DNA of 64,000 bases from Pseudomonadota bacterium. Lineage in GTDB: Bacteria; Pseudomonadota; Alphaproteobacteria; Micavibrionales; UBA2020. This document shows, one piece after another, positions 1 to 8,403 of this stretch. Position 1 is the stretch's first letter; every line of letters begins with the position of its first letter. Under the pieces are notes generated by a model. That model searched no databases, was not told where the DNA came from, and saw only the letters and a list, made by a program, of their open reading frames with translations. Location: NCBI GenBank assembly GCA_021845905.1, contig JAJZVA010000006.1, positions 74,264-138,263 of the forward strand, given 5' to 3'. A program made the translations under genes and the position numbers.

Positions 1-464
1 GAAATGGCCAGCGCGCCGCCGAAACCCGCGCTCCAGTTCACGTCGTCCGGCCCGTGCGCCTTGGTGTTGGACGGCATGACGCCCGTGCCGACCCAGATCT
101 GGCTGTGCTGTTGCGACAGCGTCCAGAAATATTCAATGGTCGAGAACTTGTCGCCGTTGACGGAGGCGGAATTGGTGAAACCCGCCGCGACCTTGTTTTT
201 CCACGCTTGTGTGAACCACGGCTTCGACGAGGCGTCGGCGAATTTCTTGAACTGCCACGCGGGGCCGCCCATGTAGGTCGGACTGCCGTAGATGATCGCG
301 TCGGCCTTGCCGATGGCATCCATCGCGCCGTCGGGCAGGTTGCCTTCCTTGTCGATGGCATAGAGCGTGGCGGTGGCTTTTCTCGCCGCGCCTTCGCGCA
401 CCGCTTCCGCCTGTTTCGCCGTGTGGCCGTAGCCGCTGAAATATACGATAGCAACGTTTGTCAT
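1..464 (-). CDS. WrbA-like flavodoxin-fold NAD(P)H:quinone oxidoreductase, 3' end beyond window
   Basis: Own translation of minus strand from ATG 464-462: MTNVAIVYFSGYGHTAKQAEAVREGA...IIYGSPTYMGGPAWQFKKFADAS; open to window edge so absent from ORF track. Confidence 0.7.
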   Translation of the reverse strand, partial: MTNVAIVYFSGYGHTAKQAEAVREGAARKATATLYAIDKEGNLPDGAMDAIGKADAIIYGSPTYMGGPAWQFKKFADASSKPWFTQAWKNKVAAGFTNSASVNGDKFSTIEYFWTLSQQHSQIWVGTGVMPSNTKAHGPDDVNWSAGFGGALAI

Positions 465-495
465 GATGTTTTTCCTTTTCTGGTTGTTAAATTGT

Positions 496-1374
496 TCAGG
501 CCGCGCGGGATTCCTTCAACCCCGCCGCGTCAAGCGCTTTGAAGTCCGCATCGGAGAGGACGATCCCCGCAGCGGCCGTATTTTCCTCAAGGTGCTTCAC
601 CTTGCCCGTGCCGGGGATCGGCAGCATGACGGGGCTGCGCTTCAACACCCAGGCCAGCGCGATTTGCGACGGCGTGGCTCCCGTTTTCTTCGCCAAGGCG
701 TCCAGAACGGTGCCGGGTTTGGTCAGGTCGCCCGCCGCGAGCGGGAACCACGGCATGAAGCCGATGTTGTGCTTTTCGCAATAATCAAGCACGTCTTCAT
801 GCACGCGGTCGACAAGGTTGTAGCGATTCTGCACCGTGGCGACGGAGAAGAACTTTTGCGCGGCCTCGATCTCATCGATACTCACTTCGCTCAAACCCAC
901 GTGACGGATCAGCCCTTCTTTTTGCATGTCGCGGATGACGGCGAACTGCTCGTCGCGCGGCGTCTTCGTGTCGATGCGGTGGAGCTGCCAGAGGTCGATC
1001 GTTTCGACCTTCAACCGGCGCAAGCTCATCAACACCGCCTGACGCAGATATTCCGGACGGCCCAGCGGCGTCCAGACGCCGGGGCCGCCGCGCACAAGTC
1101 CGCCCTTGGTGGCGATCAGCATGTTCTTGAAAGGATGCAATGCCTCGGTCAGCAGGTTTTCGCTGGTCTCGGGGCCGTAGGCATCCGACGTGTCGATGAA
1201 ATTGACGCCCAGTTCCGGCAAACGTTTCAGCGTGCGAAGCGCTTCCGCGCGGTCTTCCGGCTCGCCCCACACGCCCGCGCCGGTGACGCGCATCGCGCCG
1301 AAACCCAAACGGTTGATCTCGATGTCGCCGCCGATTTTGAAAGCGCCGGATGAGGATGCGTCGATATTTGTCAT
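496..1374 (-). CDS. aldo/keto reductase
   Basis: ORF 496..1446; internal ATG at 1374 gives [32 protein letters not shown]..., typical AKR N-terminus and length. Confidence 0.85.
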   Translation of the reverse strand: MTNIDASSSGAFKIGGDIEINRLGFGAMRVTGAGVWGEPEDRAEALRTLKRLPELGVNFIDTSDAYGPETSENLLTEALHPFKNMLIATKGGLVRGGPGVWTPLGRPEYLRQAVLMSLRRLKVETIDLWQLHRIDTKTPRDEQFAVIRDMQKEGLIRHVGLSEVSIDEIEAAQKFFSVATVQNRYNLVDRVHEDVLDYCEKHNIGFMPWFPLAAGDLTKPGTVLDALAKKTGATPSQIALAWVLKRSPVMLPIPGTGKVKHLEENTAAAGIVLSDADFKALDAAGLKESRAA

Positions 1375-1387
1375 GATCTTCTCCTTT

Positions 1388-2371
1388 TTAAACGTGACCC
1401 GCAACATTGTGCGGAATGTAGAGTTCCTCCAGATAAGCGACCTCATCCGCGGACAGCTTCACATCAAGCGCGGCGACGGCATCGTCGAGATGCTTCATCT
1501 TGGTCGCGCCGATGATCGGCGATGTCACGACCGGTTTGGTCAGCATCCATGCCAGCGCGATTTGCGCCTGAGGCACGCCGTGTTTCTTGGCCAGTTCCCC
1601 GACGCGGCCGATGATTTGATTGTCGGCCTCCGCCGTTTTGTCGTACACGGTATGACCGATCTTGTCGCCCTTGCGGCGCTTGGTGTCTTCCGCACCGACG
1701 GGACGCGCCAGCAATCCCCGCGCCAGCGGGCTCCACGGAATGACGCCCACGCCCTGATCGGCGCACAGCTTCAACATCTCGCGCTCTTCCTCGCGGTACA
1801 TCAGGTTGTAGTGCGGTTGCATGGAGACGAAGCGCGTCCAGCCGTTGAGATCGGCGAGATATTGCGCTTTTGAAAACTGCCACGCATGCATCGAGCTCGC
1901 GCCGATATACCTTGCCTTGCCCGCCTTGACGACGTCGTGCAGCGCTTCCATCGTTTCCTCGATCGGCACGTTGTAATCCCAGCGGTGGATCTGATAGAGA
2001 TCGACATAATCCATTTGCAGGCGTTTCAGGCTGTTGTCGATTTCGGTCATGATCGCCTTGCGCGAAAGGCCGCCGCCATTCGGCACGTCGCGCATCTGGC
2101 CGTTGACCTTGGTGGCGATGACGAGGTCTTCACGTTTGGCGAAATCCTTGATCGCGCGGCCGAGAATCTCCTCGCTCGCGCCGAGGGAATAGATATTGGC
2201 GGTATCGAAGAAGTTGATACCCTTGTCGAGCGCCGCCTTGATGAACGGACGGCCCTCCTCTTCGGTCAGCACCCAGTTGTGCAGCCACTTCGCGGGATCT
2301 CCGTAGGTCATGCACCCAAGGCAGATGCGCGAGACTTTGAGGCCGGTTTTTCCGAGATTGACGTATTCCAT
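1388..2371 (-). CDS. aldo/keto reductase
   Basis: ORF 1388..2389; [24 protein letters not shown]... AKR signature; start at 2371 preferred. Confidence 0.85.
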   Translation of the reverse strand: MEYVNLGKTGLKVSRICLGCMTYGDPAKWLHNWVLTEEEGRPFIKAALDKGINFFDTANIYSLGASEEILGRAIKDFAKREDLVIATKVNGQMRDVPNGGGLSRKAIMTEIDNSLKRLQMDYVDLYQIHRWDYNVPIEETMEALHDVVKAGKARYIGASSMHAWQFSKAQYLADLNGWTRFVSMQPHYNLMYREEEREMLKLCADQGVGVIPWSPLARGLLARPVGAEDTKRRKGDKIGHTVYDKTAEADNQIIGRVGELAKKHGVPQAQIALAWMLTKPVVTSPIIGATKMKHLDDAVAALDVKLSADEVAYLEELYIPHNVAGHV

Positions 2372-2508
2372 GGCGGGATCCTTTTGCAAAATGGACGGCG
2401 GAACTTTTTGGTAGTTCGTAATAACAGAACTTAAGAACCTGTGTCAAGCCCCGTTCCGCGTTATTGTGGACGATTGAACCTTTCCTGAAAATGCTCTATA
2501 TTGGTAAT

Positions 2509-2874
2509 ATGAAACCTTTGTCGCACCCGAAAATGGAAGACGTCACGGTCGAGGGCATTCTTTATGCTTTCTCGAACCCCATCCGCATACGCATCTATGC
2601 GGAGCTTGCGTCCGCCGAGTGCACGCAGATCTGCTCGGCCTACCGCGACATCACCGGCGCAAAACTGCCCAAATCAACGCTCTCGCAACATTTCGCCATT
2701 CTGCGCGAAACCGGCCTGATTTTGAGCGAACGCAAAGGCACGGAACTGCACAACAAAACCCGCTGCGCAGAATTAAAGAAACGCTTCGGCCCGATGATCG
2801 AATCCATTATCGGCGCCTATATCGAGCAAAACGCGCGCAATAAAAAATCTGCTAAAAAAAAGAAGCGTATCTGA
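2509..2874 (+). CDS. ArsR-type winged-helix transcriptional regulator
   Basis: MKPLSHPKMEDVTVEGILYAFSNPIRIRIYAEL...LPKSTLSQHFAILRETGLI; divergent from the AKR genes. Confidence 0.7.
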   Translation: MKPLSHPKMEDVTVEGILYAFSNPIRIRIYAELASAECTQICSAYRDITGAKLPKSTLSQHFAILRETGLILSERKGTELHNKTRCAELKKRFGPMIESIIGAYIEQNARNKKSAKKKKRI

Positions 2875-2937
2875 CTTTTAATTTTTATAATAAAATCAAA
2901 TATTTAAATATAAATACCTCTTTTCTCGAGTTTATTA

Positions 2938-2966
2938 TTGACATAACATAAACAACTTGCTATATT
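2938..2966 (+). promoter_or_regulatory. sigma70-like promoter in an AT-rich spacer
   Basis: TTGACA (2938-2943), 17-nt spacer, TATATT (2961-2966), ~50 nt upstream of ORF 3017. Confidence 0.45.
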
Positions 2967-3016
2967 ATTATAAAATACGTATACAGTTATAAAAAACAAA
3001 CTCGGGGAAATGAAAA

Positions 3017-3631
3017 ATGCAAAACAGCAAAACTCAAAAAGGATACCTCTCACACGCCTGGCAAAAAGCGATGGCGGGATTTGCAGCCGCAGTAACAATT
3101 TCATCCGTTCTCGCCCCCACGGCGGCGGAAGCGCAAACATATGCCCAATCCACTCAAGAGCAAGTGCAACTGGATCAGTGTCGAAATCAGTACCTCGCAA
3201 ATGAAAGAAATCTGAACCAAAGCACCTACTATAACTGGCAGCAAGTCCAGTCTTTCGATCAAACGTATAGAGATACTTATAACGCCTGCGTCGCCCGCAC
3301 GCAGAGCTACTACGGCAACACGCCATCCTACACGCAGCCTTACACGCCTTACTCGCAGTCGCAAACATATCAGGCGCCGCAGTCTTCCTACTATCCGCAG
3401 ACTTTCCCGCAGCAACCGGTATACCAGCCGCCGGCATATCAGCCGCCTGCCGTCGTGTACGCTCCCGCGCCGCCTGTCTATCAGTCCTATAACAGCGCTC
3501 CCTCGATCATCCCGGAAATTATCGGTGGCGTTATCCTCGGCGGCATCATCCATCACGCCATAGAAGACGGACATCATGATCGTGGCGGATATCGTGGCGG
3601 CGACCGCGGCGGATATCGCTTCAGACGTTAA
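3017..3631 (+). CDS. secreted low-complexity Q/Y/P-rich protein with Gly/Arg-rich C-terminus
   Basis: ORF with signal-peptide-like MAGFAAAVTISSVLAPTAAEA, then Q/Y/P-rich repeats, hydrophobic GGVILGGII and GGYRGGDRGGYRFRR tail; no family recognised. Confidence 0.55.
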   Translation: MQNSKTQKGYLSHAWQKAMAGFAAAVTISSVLAPTAAEAQTYAQSTQEQVQLDQCRNQYLANERNLNQSTYYNWQQVQSFDQTYRDTYNACVARTQSYYGNTPSYTQPYTPYSQSQTYQAPQSSYYPQTFPQQPVYQPPAYQPPAVVYAPAPPVYQSYNSAPSIIPEIIGGVILGGIIHHAIEDGHHDRGGYRGGDRGGYRFRR

Positions 3632-3692
3632 ACCAGCCTCTCAACTCATCCTTAACGATTATACATTCGTGTATAACCCCGCAATATAAGTG

Positions 3693-3764
3693 TGGTAGCG
3701 CTGACCGGAATCGACCGAGGCTCCGCCGCTGAATTTTAATTGGCTCCGCTGCTGAATTTTAATT
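3693..3764 (-). repeat. decayed copy of the tRNA-Leu 3' end plus two tandem 23-nt att-like repeats
   Basis: tggtagcgctgaccggaatcgaccg resembles tggtggccctgaccggaatcgaaccg at 3806; ggctccgc(c/t)gctgaattttaatt occurs at 3719-3741 and 3742-3764. Confidence 0.5.
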
Positions 3765-3805
3765 CGAGGTTCGATCCGGTGAGAGTATTGCTCTCAAAAT
3801 TCGGA

Positions 3806-3860
3806 TGGTGGCCCTGACCGGAATCGAACCGGTACGCCCGAAGGCTCACGATTTTAAGTC
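3806..3860 (-). tRNA. displaced 3' part of the resident tRNA-Leu(UAA) (anticodon loop to CCA)
   Basis: Minus strand reads GACTTAAAATCGTG-AGCCTTCGGGCGT-ACCGGTTCGATTCCGGT-CAGGGCC-A-CCA; TCGTG and CAGGGCC are complementary to CACGA and GGCCCTG of the 5' part at 51164-51204. Confidence 0.85.
3850..3860. repeat. att core copy 1 (gattttaagtc)
   Basis: Identical 11-mer at 3850-3860, 8341-8351 and 51164-51174; equals anticodon loop CTTAAAA plus flanking bases. Confidence 0.85.
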
Positions 3861-3918
3861 CTCTCATGATAGTCCTTACACATTGAATTTATTATACAAT
3901 TCACCATCAAAAAGTCAA

Positions 3919-3939
3919 CCGTGTAAGAACCCGTGTAAG
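3919..3939 (+). repeat. arm-type repeat CCGTGTAAG x2 (small element, distal end)
   Basis: ccgtgtaag at 3919-3927 and 3931-3939; third copy at 8235-8243 upstream of the integrase. Confidence 0.6.
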
Positions 3940-3992
3940 TTTTGAGAAGATTTTGAGGCGAGAATCCATCCTTTTTGCTCCCATAAAATGGC

Positions 3993-4030
3993 TTTGCGCC
4001 GCAACTGTAGAGTTGCGGCGCAAATTTTTT
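3993..4030 (+). terminator. rho-independent terminator-like hairpin
   Basis: 14-bp perfect stem tttgcgccgcaact/agttgcggcgcaaa, loop gtag, followed by TTTTTT (4025-4030). Confidence 0.55.
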
Positions 4031-4243
4031 AGCCTCTGGCTTATGAACACCTGTAAACCAGCCGCGTTCCGGCGATTTCTGCGGTGCTGTAGTCGGCCTC
4101 AAGGTCGCGGGCGATAAGGTCATAGTCCAGATAATAGCGGAGGGACTCCGGTATGAGCGCAACCTGAAAAAGCGGGATGCCCGCGACGGTAGCGGTTCGC
4201 GCTACCTGCTGGGGTCGCTGTATTTGCTGCTGGACGACAAGCC

Positions 4244-4684
4244 TTGTTGAACCAGTATATCCGCCAGTATGCGGAATTGCAGGTCAGGCAGGAAGAGGAA
4301 GCCCGCAAAATCGAAGCCAACAGGCAGTTCTATTCCATCATCATGAATATGAGCTACGCCCTCAACGGCGTTCCGCTCTGGCCTGTCACCGTCATGTCGC
4401 CACCGCCGGAAAAACGCCTTGACGAAAAGGCGTTCACAGCGACATTGCGCCAGAGAAGCAACAGCGAATTGCTTTCCACCGTCACGCGGCGATACGTCAG
4501 GCCGAAAATCGACCCGCCGATGGCGACGGTCAACCTGCGCACAAGCGTCCTTGAGGTCAAAGAAATCCTCCGCCGTGCGGGGTTACAGCCCGATGGAGGG
4601 AAATCCACCTTCGACCCGAAACAGAAAATCAAGGTAACGACGCCACCACCCAAGGCGTCTGCACGGTTCAACGCGAGGAGATAG
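4244..4684 (+). CDS. hypothetical protein, paralog of 36777..37130
   Basis: Shared block FTATLRQRSNSELL...ATVNLRTSVLEVKEILRR vs FTEAAYESRLQKKSNVELL...ATVALRQDVLQVKEPLRR; start uncertain (TTG 4244 or ATG 4343). Confidence 0.55.
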   Translation: MLNQYIRQYAELQVRQEEEARKIEANRQFYSIIMNMSYALNGVPLWPVTVMSPPPEKRLDEKAFTATLRQRSNSELLSTVTRRYVRPKIDPPMATVNLRTSVLEVKEILRRAGLQPDGGKSTFDPKQKIKVTTPPPKASARFNARR

Positions 4685-4687
4685 CGC

Positions 4688-5020
4688 ATGGCATGGACAC
4701 AATCAGGCGAATTCGTGGAATCCGACGTTGTGGAATGGACGGAAGCCATATGGCCTCCCAACCGTTCCCGCCGCCGGAAGAAATCCCGCCCGTGGGGAAA
4801 ACAAAAGGTCACGGCGCAAATTACAGCCATAGACGGCGATTTTGTGAAACTCACCGTCTTGCGCTCCGCTATCGTCGAAAACACTATCGGCTCGGCATTA
4901 AAACTCCACAAGGTCGGCACAACCATTACCAAGAAACGCCAAACCCTCCTGCGCGGCGAACCGGAAAGGCTCTTGTGGTCGGAAGAGGATGTACGAAAGG
5001 TACTTCTCCATCCCCAATAA
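4688..5020 (+). CDS. hypothetical protein, paralog of 41041..41520
   Basis: GAGGAG RBS; shares VVEWTE/VIRWTE, ...TITKKRQTLLRGEPERLLWSEEDVR vs TTITRGGAERLLWSDESAR with the large-element protein. Confidence 0.6.
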   Translation: MAWTQSGEFVESDVVEWTEAIWPPNRSRRRKKSRPWGKQKVTAQITAIDGDFVKLTVLRSAIVENTIGSALKLHKVGTTITKKRQTLLRGEPERLLWSEEDVRKVLLHPQ

Positions 5021-5123
5021 TAAGACAAGCATATGATAAATATAATGTTTTCTGCTATATTGCATGAATTTTAGTCTAAAAAATTGACATTTCTATATGG
5101 GTAAGCTATGATTAAGTTAAAGG

Positions 5124-5711
5124 ATGGAAACAATGGCAAGCGTCAACGAACTCAAAAAATATCTTCACTCCGGCAGGGTCTACCGCCGCGCTGATTTGGC
5201 GCGGTGGTCGAAGTCGGTTGACCGCCATTTGCAAGCACTGGTCAGGGACGGCACAGTTAAAAAGCTTTCCGGCGGCATCTACTACTGCCCAGAAAAATCG
5301 CGCTTCGGCGATTTACCCCCGCACGATGCCGACCTTATCCGCGCTTTTTTGAAGGACGACCATTTTTACATGGCCTCTCTCAACGCCTATAATTCCTTAG
5401 GCGTTGGCGCAACTCAGCTTTACAATGAAACGCTGGTTTATAACAACAAGCGGGATGGACGTATGCGCTTGAACGGGCGTCCCTACTACTTCATAAAACG
5501 ACGCTTTCCCAAAAAAGGAAGTCGGGAATTTTTAATGGTTGACCTTGTGAACAACTTGCATCTGATGGCGGAGGACACGGAAGAAGTCCTCAAACATGCC
5601 GCAAGAAACGCGCTTGAAATGGACAGGGATAAACTGATGCACGCCGTTCATGAATACGGCGGCGCACGAGCAAGAAAATTCTATGAAGGCGTATTCAGCC
5701 ATGCCAGCTAA
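5124..5711 (+). CDS. AbiEi-family antitoxin-like protein
   Basis: Immediately upstream of and overlapping an AbiEii-type nucleotidyltransferase; N-terminal wHTH-like region; family assignment from memory. Confidence 0.65.
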   Translation: METMASVNELKKYLHSGRVYRRADLARWSKSVDRHLQALVRDGTVKKLSGGIYYCPEKSRFGDLPPHDADLIRAFLKDDHFYMASLNAYNSLGVGATQLYNETLVYNNKRDGRMRLNGRPYYFIKRRFPKKGSREFLMVDLVNNLHLMAEDTEEVLKHAARNALEMDRDKLMHAVHEYGGARARKFYEGVFSHAS

Positions 5712-6660
5712 AATATATCTTCACCAGCATCCGGAATTTTCCGACCTTATCCGCGTCGTCGCGGGCGAGAAGAATATAGACCCTTACCTTGCCGAAAAAG
5801 ACTATTGGCTCATGCACTGTCTTTACGGACTGAAAAAGGCCGGATACGATTTTCAGCTTAAAGGCGGTACGTCGTTATCCAAGGGATACGGCATTATCCA
5901 CCGCTTTTCCGAAGACATCGACATTCAAATCACTCCGCTGGAAAGCTTGAATGTCAGAACGTCCAGAAACCACGACAAGGACAAAGACCGCCAAGGCCGC
6001 AAGGATTATTACGATTATCTTGCGGCGCATATTCGCATCGACGGCATTGTGAAAGTCGTGCGGGATACTGATTTTGACTCCCTGCCAAAATACTATAGCG
6101 GTGGAATCCGCCTTCACTATGAAGCAAAATTTTCTTCGGACGGTAGTGTGAAGGAAGGTATTTTACTGGAAGTCGGTTTCGATGCCATGACGCCGAACCA
6201 ACCGCTTAACATCGGATCATGGGCTTTGCGGCGAGCATTGGAGGCAAAGCTGGATGTGACGGACAACACGGCCTTGCAAATTCCCTGCTACGACCCTGCC
6301 TATACGCTGGTCGAAAAATTGCAGGCCGTCGTCACCAAACACCGCAACCTGCAAGAAAAGGGCGGTGCGTTCCCAACCAATTTTATGCGGCATTATTACG
6401 ATATTTACTGCCTGTTGCAGAATGACCATGTGCAAAGCTTCATTGGTTCGCCGGAATACCTCGCGCACAAGAAACGCCGTTTTCCGGCGGCTGACCAGCA
6501 AGCGCCGTTAAGCGAAAACGAAGCATTCTTATTGCATGATGAAGGCAAGAAGGCGCTTTACAAGAAAGAGTATGAGCGTCGCGCTTCGCTCTACTATCAA
6601 GGCCAACCGCCGTTTGAGGAAGTATTGACGGTTATCCAAAAGAATTTAAGGCGATTGTAA
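5701..6660 (+). CDS. AbiEii/AbiGii-family nucleotidyltransferase toxin
   Basis: LKGGTSLSKGYGIIHRFSEDIDIQI nucleotidyltransferase motif; 11-nt overlap with upstream gene. Confidence 0.8.
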   Translation: MPAKIYLHQHPEFSDLIRVVAGEKNIDPYLAEKDYWLMHCLYGLKKAGYDFQLKGGTSLSKGYGIIHRFSEDIDIQITPLESLNVRTSRNHDKDKDRQGRKDYYDYLAAHIRIDGIVKVVRDTDFDSLPKYYSGGIRLHYEAKFSSDGSVKEGILLEVGFDAMTPNQPLNIGSWALRRALEAKLDVTDNTALQIPCYDPAYTLVEKLQAVVTKHRNLQEKGGAFPTNFMRHYYDIYCLLQNDHVQSFIGSPEYLAHKKRRFPAADQQAPLSENEAFLLHDEGKKALYKKEYERRASLYYQGQPPFEEVLTVIQKNLRRL

Positions 6661-6662
6661 TT

Positions 6663-6979
6663 TGGTGCAGGCGGGGGGACTTGAACCCCCACGGGATTGC
6701 TCCCCACGGATTTTCATACCACTTCGGCTTTCGCCGCCACCGTCCGGTGTTCGTGGTCTGGACTATACCTTCGCCATACGGTTTGGATTTCGGCGTTCGC
6801 CTCATCTTCCGCTTAGACGCTGCCCGTCTAGTCTCTACACCTTCCCCTGTTCAGGGGCTTGGCTCGGGATTGCCATGTGAAAGGTTTCCCCGAGTTTGGG
6901 CAGTTCTGCTCCTCGGGTTTCCCACGGGGGCACTCAATTTCGTTCAAGTCCGTTGCGTATACCGTTCCGCCACGCCTGC
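6663..6979 (-). tRNA. tRNA-Leu(UAA) interrupted by a group I intron (exons 6979-6946 and 6714-6663)
   Basis: 5' exon GCAGGCG-TG-GCGGAACGGTATACGC-A-ACGGA-CTT; 3' exon AAAA-TCCGT-GGGGAGCAATCCCGT-GGGGGTTCAAGTCCCCC-CGCCTGC-A-CCA; all stems complementary; spliced length 86 nt. Confidence 0.85.
6715..6945 (-). ncRNA. group I intron (231 nt, no ORF) between U34 and A35
   Basis: Core blocks GGGGAAACC, GGCAATCCCGAGCCAAGCC, GGAAGGTGTAGAGACTAGACGGGCAGC, AAGGTATAGTCCAG, terminal G before AAAATCCGT; resembles cyanobacterial/plastid tRNA-Leu intron (from memory). Confidence 0.8.
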
Positions 6980-7004
6980 TTAATGAACTGGAATTGATTA
7001 TACT

Positions 7005-8207
7005 CTACAAATCTTCATCTTCAAGAAGCGGTTTTTTGGCCTTTTTGCCCTTTTTCTTGCGCCGCGTATTGATGGCGGCGGCATCAAGGCTGGTTTTGAT
7101 GTGCGAGGCGTAGTAATTTTCAATCATTTCCACGCTCGTCCGGCAGTTTTTGGCGATTTGATAAATATCCGCCCCTTCCATGAGGCGTAGGCAGATATAG
7201 GTATGGCGCAGACTGTAGGCCGTGCGCCTGCTCCCTTCCCTGTCGAATTTGAAATCCAACTCATTCAGGATGCGGTTGAACATTTCCCGATGTCCTTTGG
7301 GGAAAAGCCTGTCGGTCGGCTTGGGCTTTGCGTTCATTCTCAGCCTGTCCCTCAGGCGTTTGAAAGGAATGACCGCGCCTGCGGTGCTTTTACAATAACC
7401 GACACCACGCTTGCCGCGTACTTCGATTTCAAGGATTGTCTCGCCCGAGTCCTCGTCCTCGACAATGGTTACGTCCCGAAACTCAAGCCGTGAGGCTTCA
7501 TCGGGACGCAGGCCAGTATTGGCCATGAACAGCACATAGTCGTGCAACTGTGCTGACTCCCAAACCCAGCGTTTGCGCTTGGGTTTTTCCGCGCGTTCGC
7601 GCGTCGCCTGATAAAGGGTTTTATATTCCTCTGGTGAAAACCATGCGCGATGCGAGAGTTTTCCAGTTGTTTTATACGGTTCTGAAAGGTCAGGCAGGTG
7701 TTTCAACCAATCATGGCGCAAGGCTGTTTTCAGCACTTGCCGCAAGGTGACGATTTCTTGGTGCATCGTATTCCGCGCAGGCGGCTTGCCGTTGCGCTCC
7801 ATGCCTGTTTTACGTCGATGGATGCGGTATTCCTGCAAGCGTCCTGCGGTGATTTGAGAAAGCCCCATATCTCCGAAGAAAGGCAACAGGTGGACGGCCA
7901 GACGTTGTTCGTGTCCCTTCACGTATACCTTGTTCCGGTTACCCTCGGTGATAATGGGATATTCTTTCAGGAATTGCTCGGCGGCCTCGTTGAAAGTCTT
8001 CTCCTCGACAAGCTCGCCGCGCTTGTGCTTGCCCCGCAGTTCCAGATACCAGTCCTCGGCAAAGTCCTTGGCTTTGCCAAGGCTCTCCTCATGGGTCGTA
8101 ATGCGGAAGTTTTTCTCATTAAGGAAAGCGGAACACTGCCAATAGCGGCTGTCGTCGCGCTTGTAAACGTGGATACGTCCGTCAAAAATCGTGTGGCTCT
8201 CGGTCAT
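7005..8207 (-). CDS. tyrosine recombinase/integrase
   Basis: FMANTGLRPDEA (Arg box), AYSLRHTYICLRL (HxxR), NCRTSVEMIENYY (Tyr); stop is 25 nt from the tRNA 5' end. Confidence 0.9.
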   Translation of the reverse strand: MTESHTIFDGRIHVYKRDDSRYWQCSAFLNEKNFRITTHEESLGKAKDFAEDWYLELRGKHKRGELVEEKTFNEAAEQFLKEYPIITEGNRNKVYVKGHEQRLAVHLLPFFGDMGLSQITAGRLQEYRIHRRKTGMERNGKPPARNTMHQEIVTLRQVLKTALRHDWLKHLPDLSEPYKTTGKLSHRAWFSPEEYKTLYQATRERAEKPKRKRWVWESAQLHDYVLFMANTGLRPDEASRLEFRDVTIVEDEDSGETILEIEVRGKRGVGYCKSTAGAVIPFKRLRDRLRMNAKPKPTDRLFPKGHREMFNRILNELDFKFDREGSRRTAYSLRHTYICLRLMEGADIYQIAKNCRTSVEMIENYYASHIKTSLDAAAINTRRKKKGKKAKKPLLEDEDL

Positions 8208-8234
8208 AGCACCTCCGGTAATAAAGTTTCAAAA

Positions 8235-8243
8235 CCGTGTAAG
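8235..8243 (+). repeat. arm-type repeat CCGTGTAAG (small element, integrase end)
   Basis: Same 9-mer and orientation as 3919 and 3931. Confidence 0.55.
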
Positions 8244-8340
8244 TACTGTGAAAGTGAAAATTCGTGGTTTATGTCATCTTCAATTATACTAACTAATTGA
8301 AAATAAAGTCTTAATTTCCGCTAAGACCTTATAATATCAC

Positions 8341-8402
8341 GATTTTAAGTCCTGTATATGATTTTATAAGCTATTGATTTTATTGACTATTATAGGATTT
8401 TA
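8341..8402. repeat. att core copy 2 followed by a GATTTTA ladder
   Basis: gattttaagtc at 8341-8351; GATTTTA recurs at 8341, 8360, 8376, 8396; 8392-8407 ataggattttaccgtg resembles junction ataggattttaagtcgtg at 51161. Confidence 0.6.
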
Positions 8403-8403
8403 C

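Larger units (their letters stand above)
3861..8340 (-). mobile_element. small (4.5 kb) integrative element in tRNA-Leu(UAA)
   Basis: Bounded by att cores at 3850-3860 and 8341-8351; integrase at one end; CCGTGTAAG repeats at both ends (3919, 3931, 8235). Confidence 0.8.

Noticed and set aside
3854-4162. 102-aa minus-strand ORF spanning the att core and the terminator hairpin
   Set aside because: It crosses the element boundary and a strong hairpin, and it has no RBS or recognisable family.
6662-6983. ORFs 6662..6880 and 6681..6983 (and 49244..49456, 49354..49683 in the second copy). I also first thought the CCA-ending structured RNA might be a tmRNA.
   Set aside because: Both ends fold into one tRNA-Leu cloverleaf, and the middle has group I intron core motifs. 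The ORFs are frame artefacts inside an RNA gene, and there is no tag-peptide reading frame or tmRNA-like architecture.
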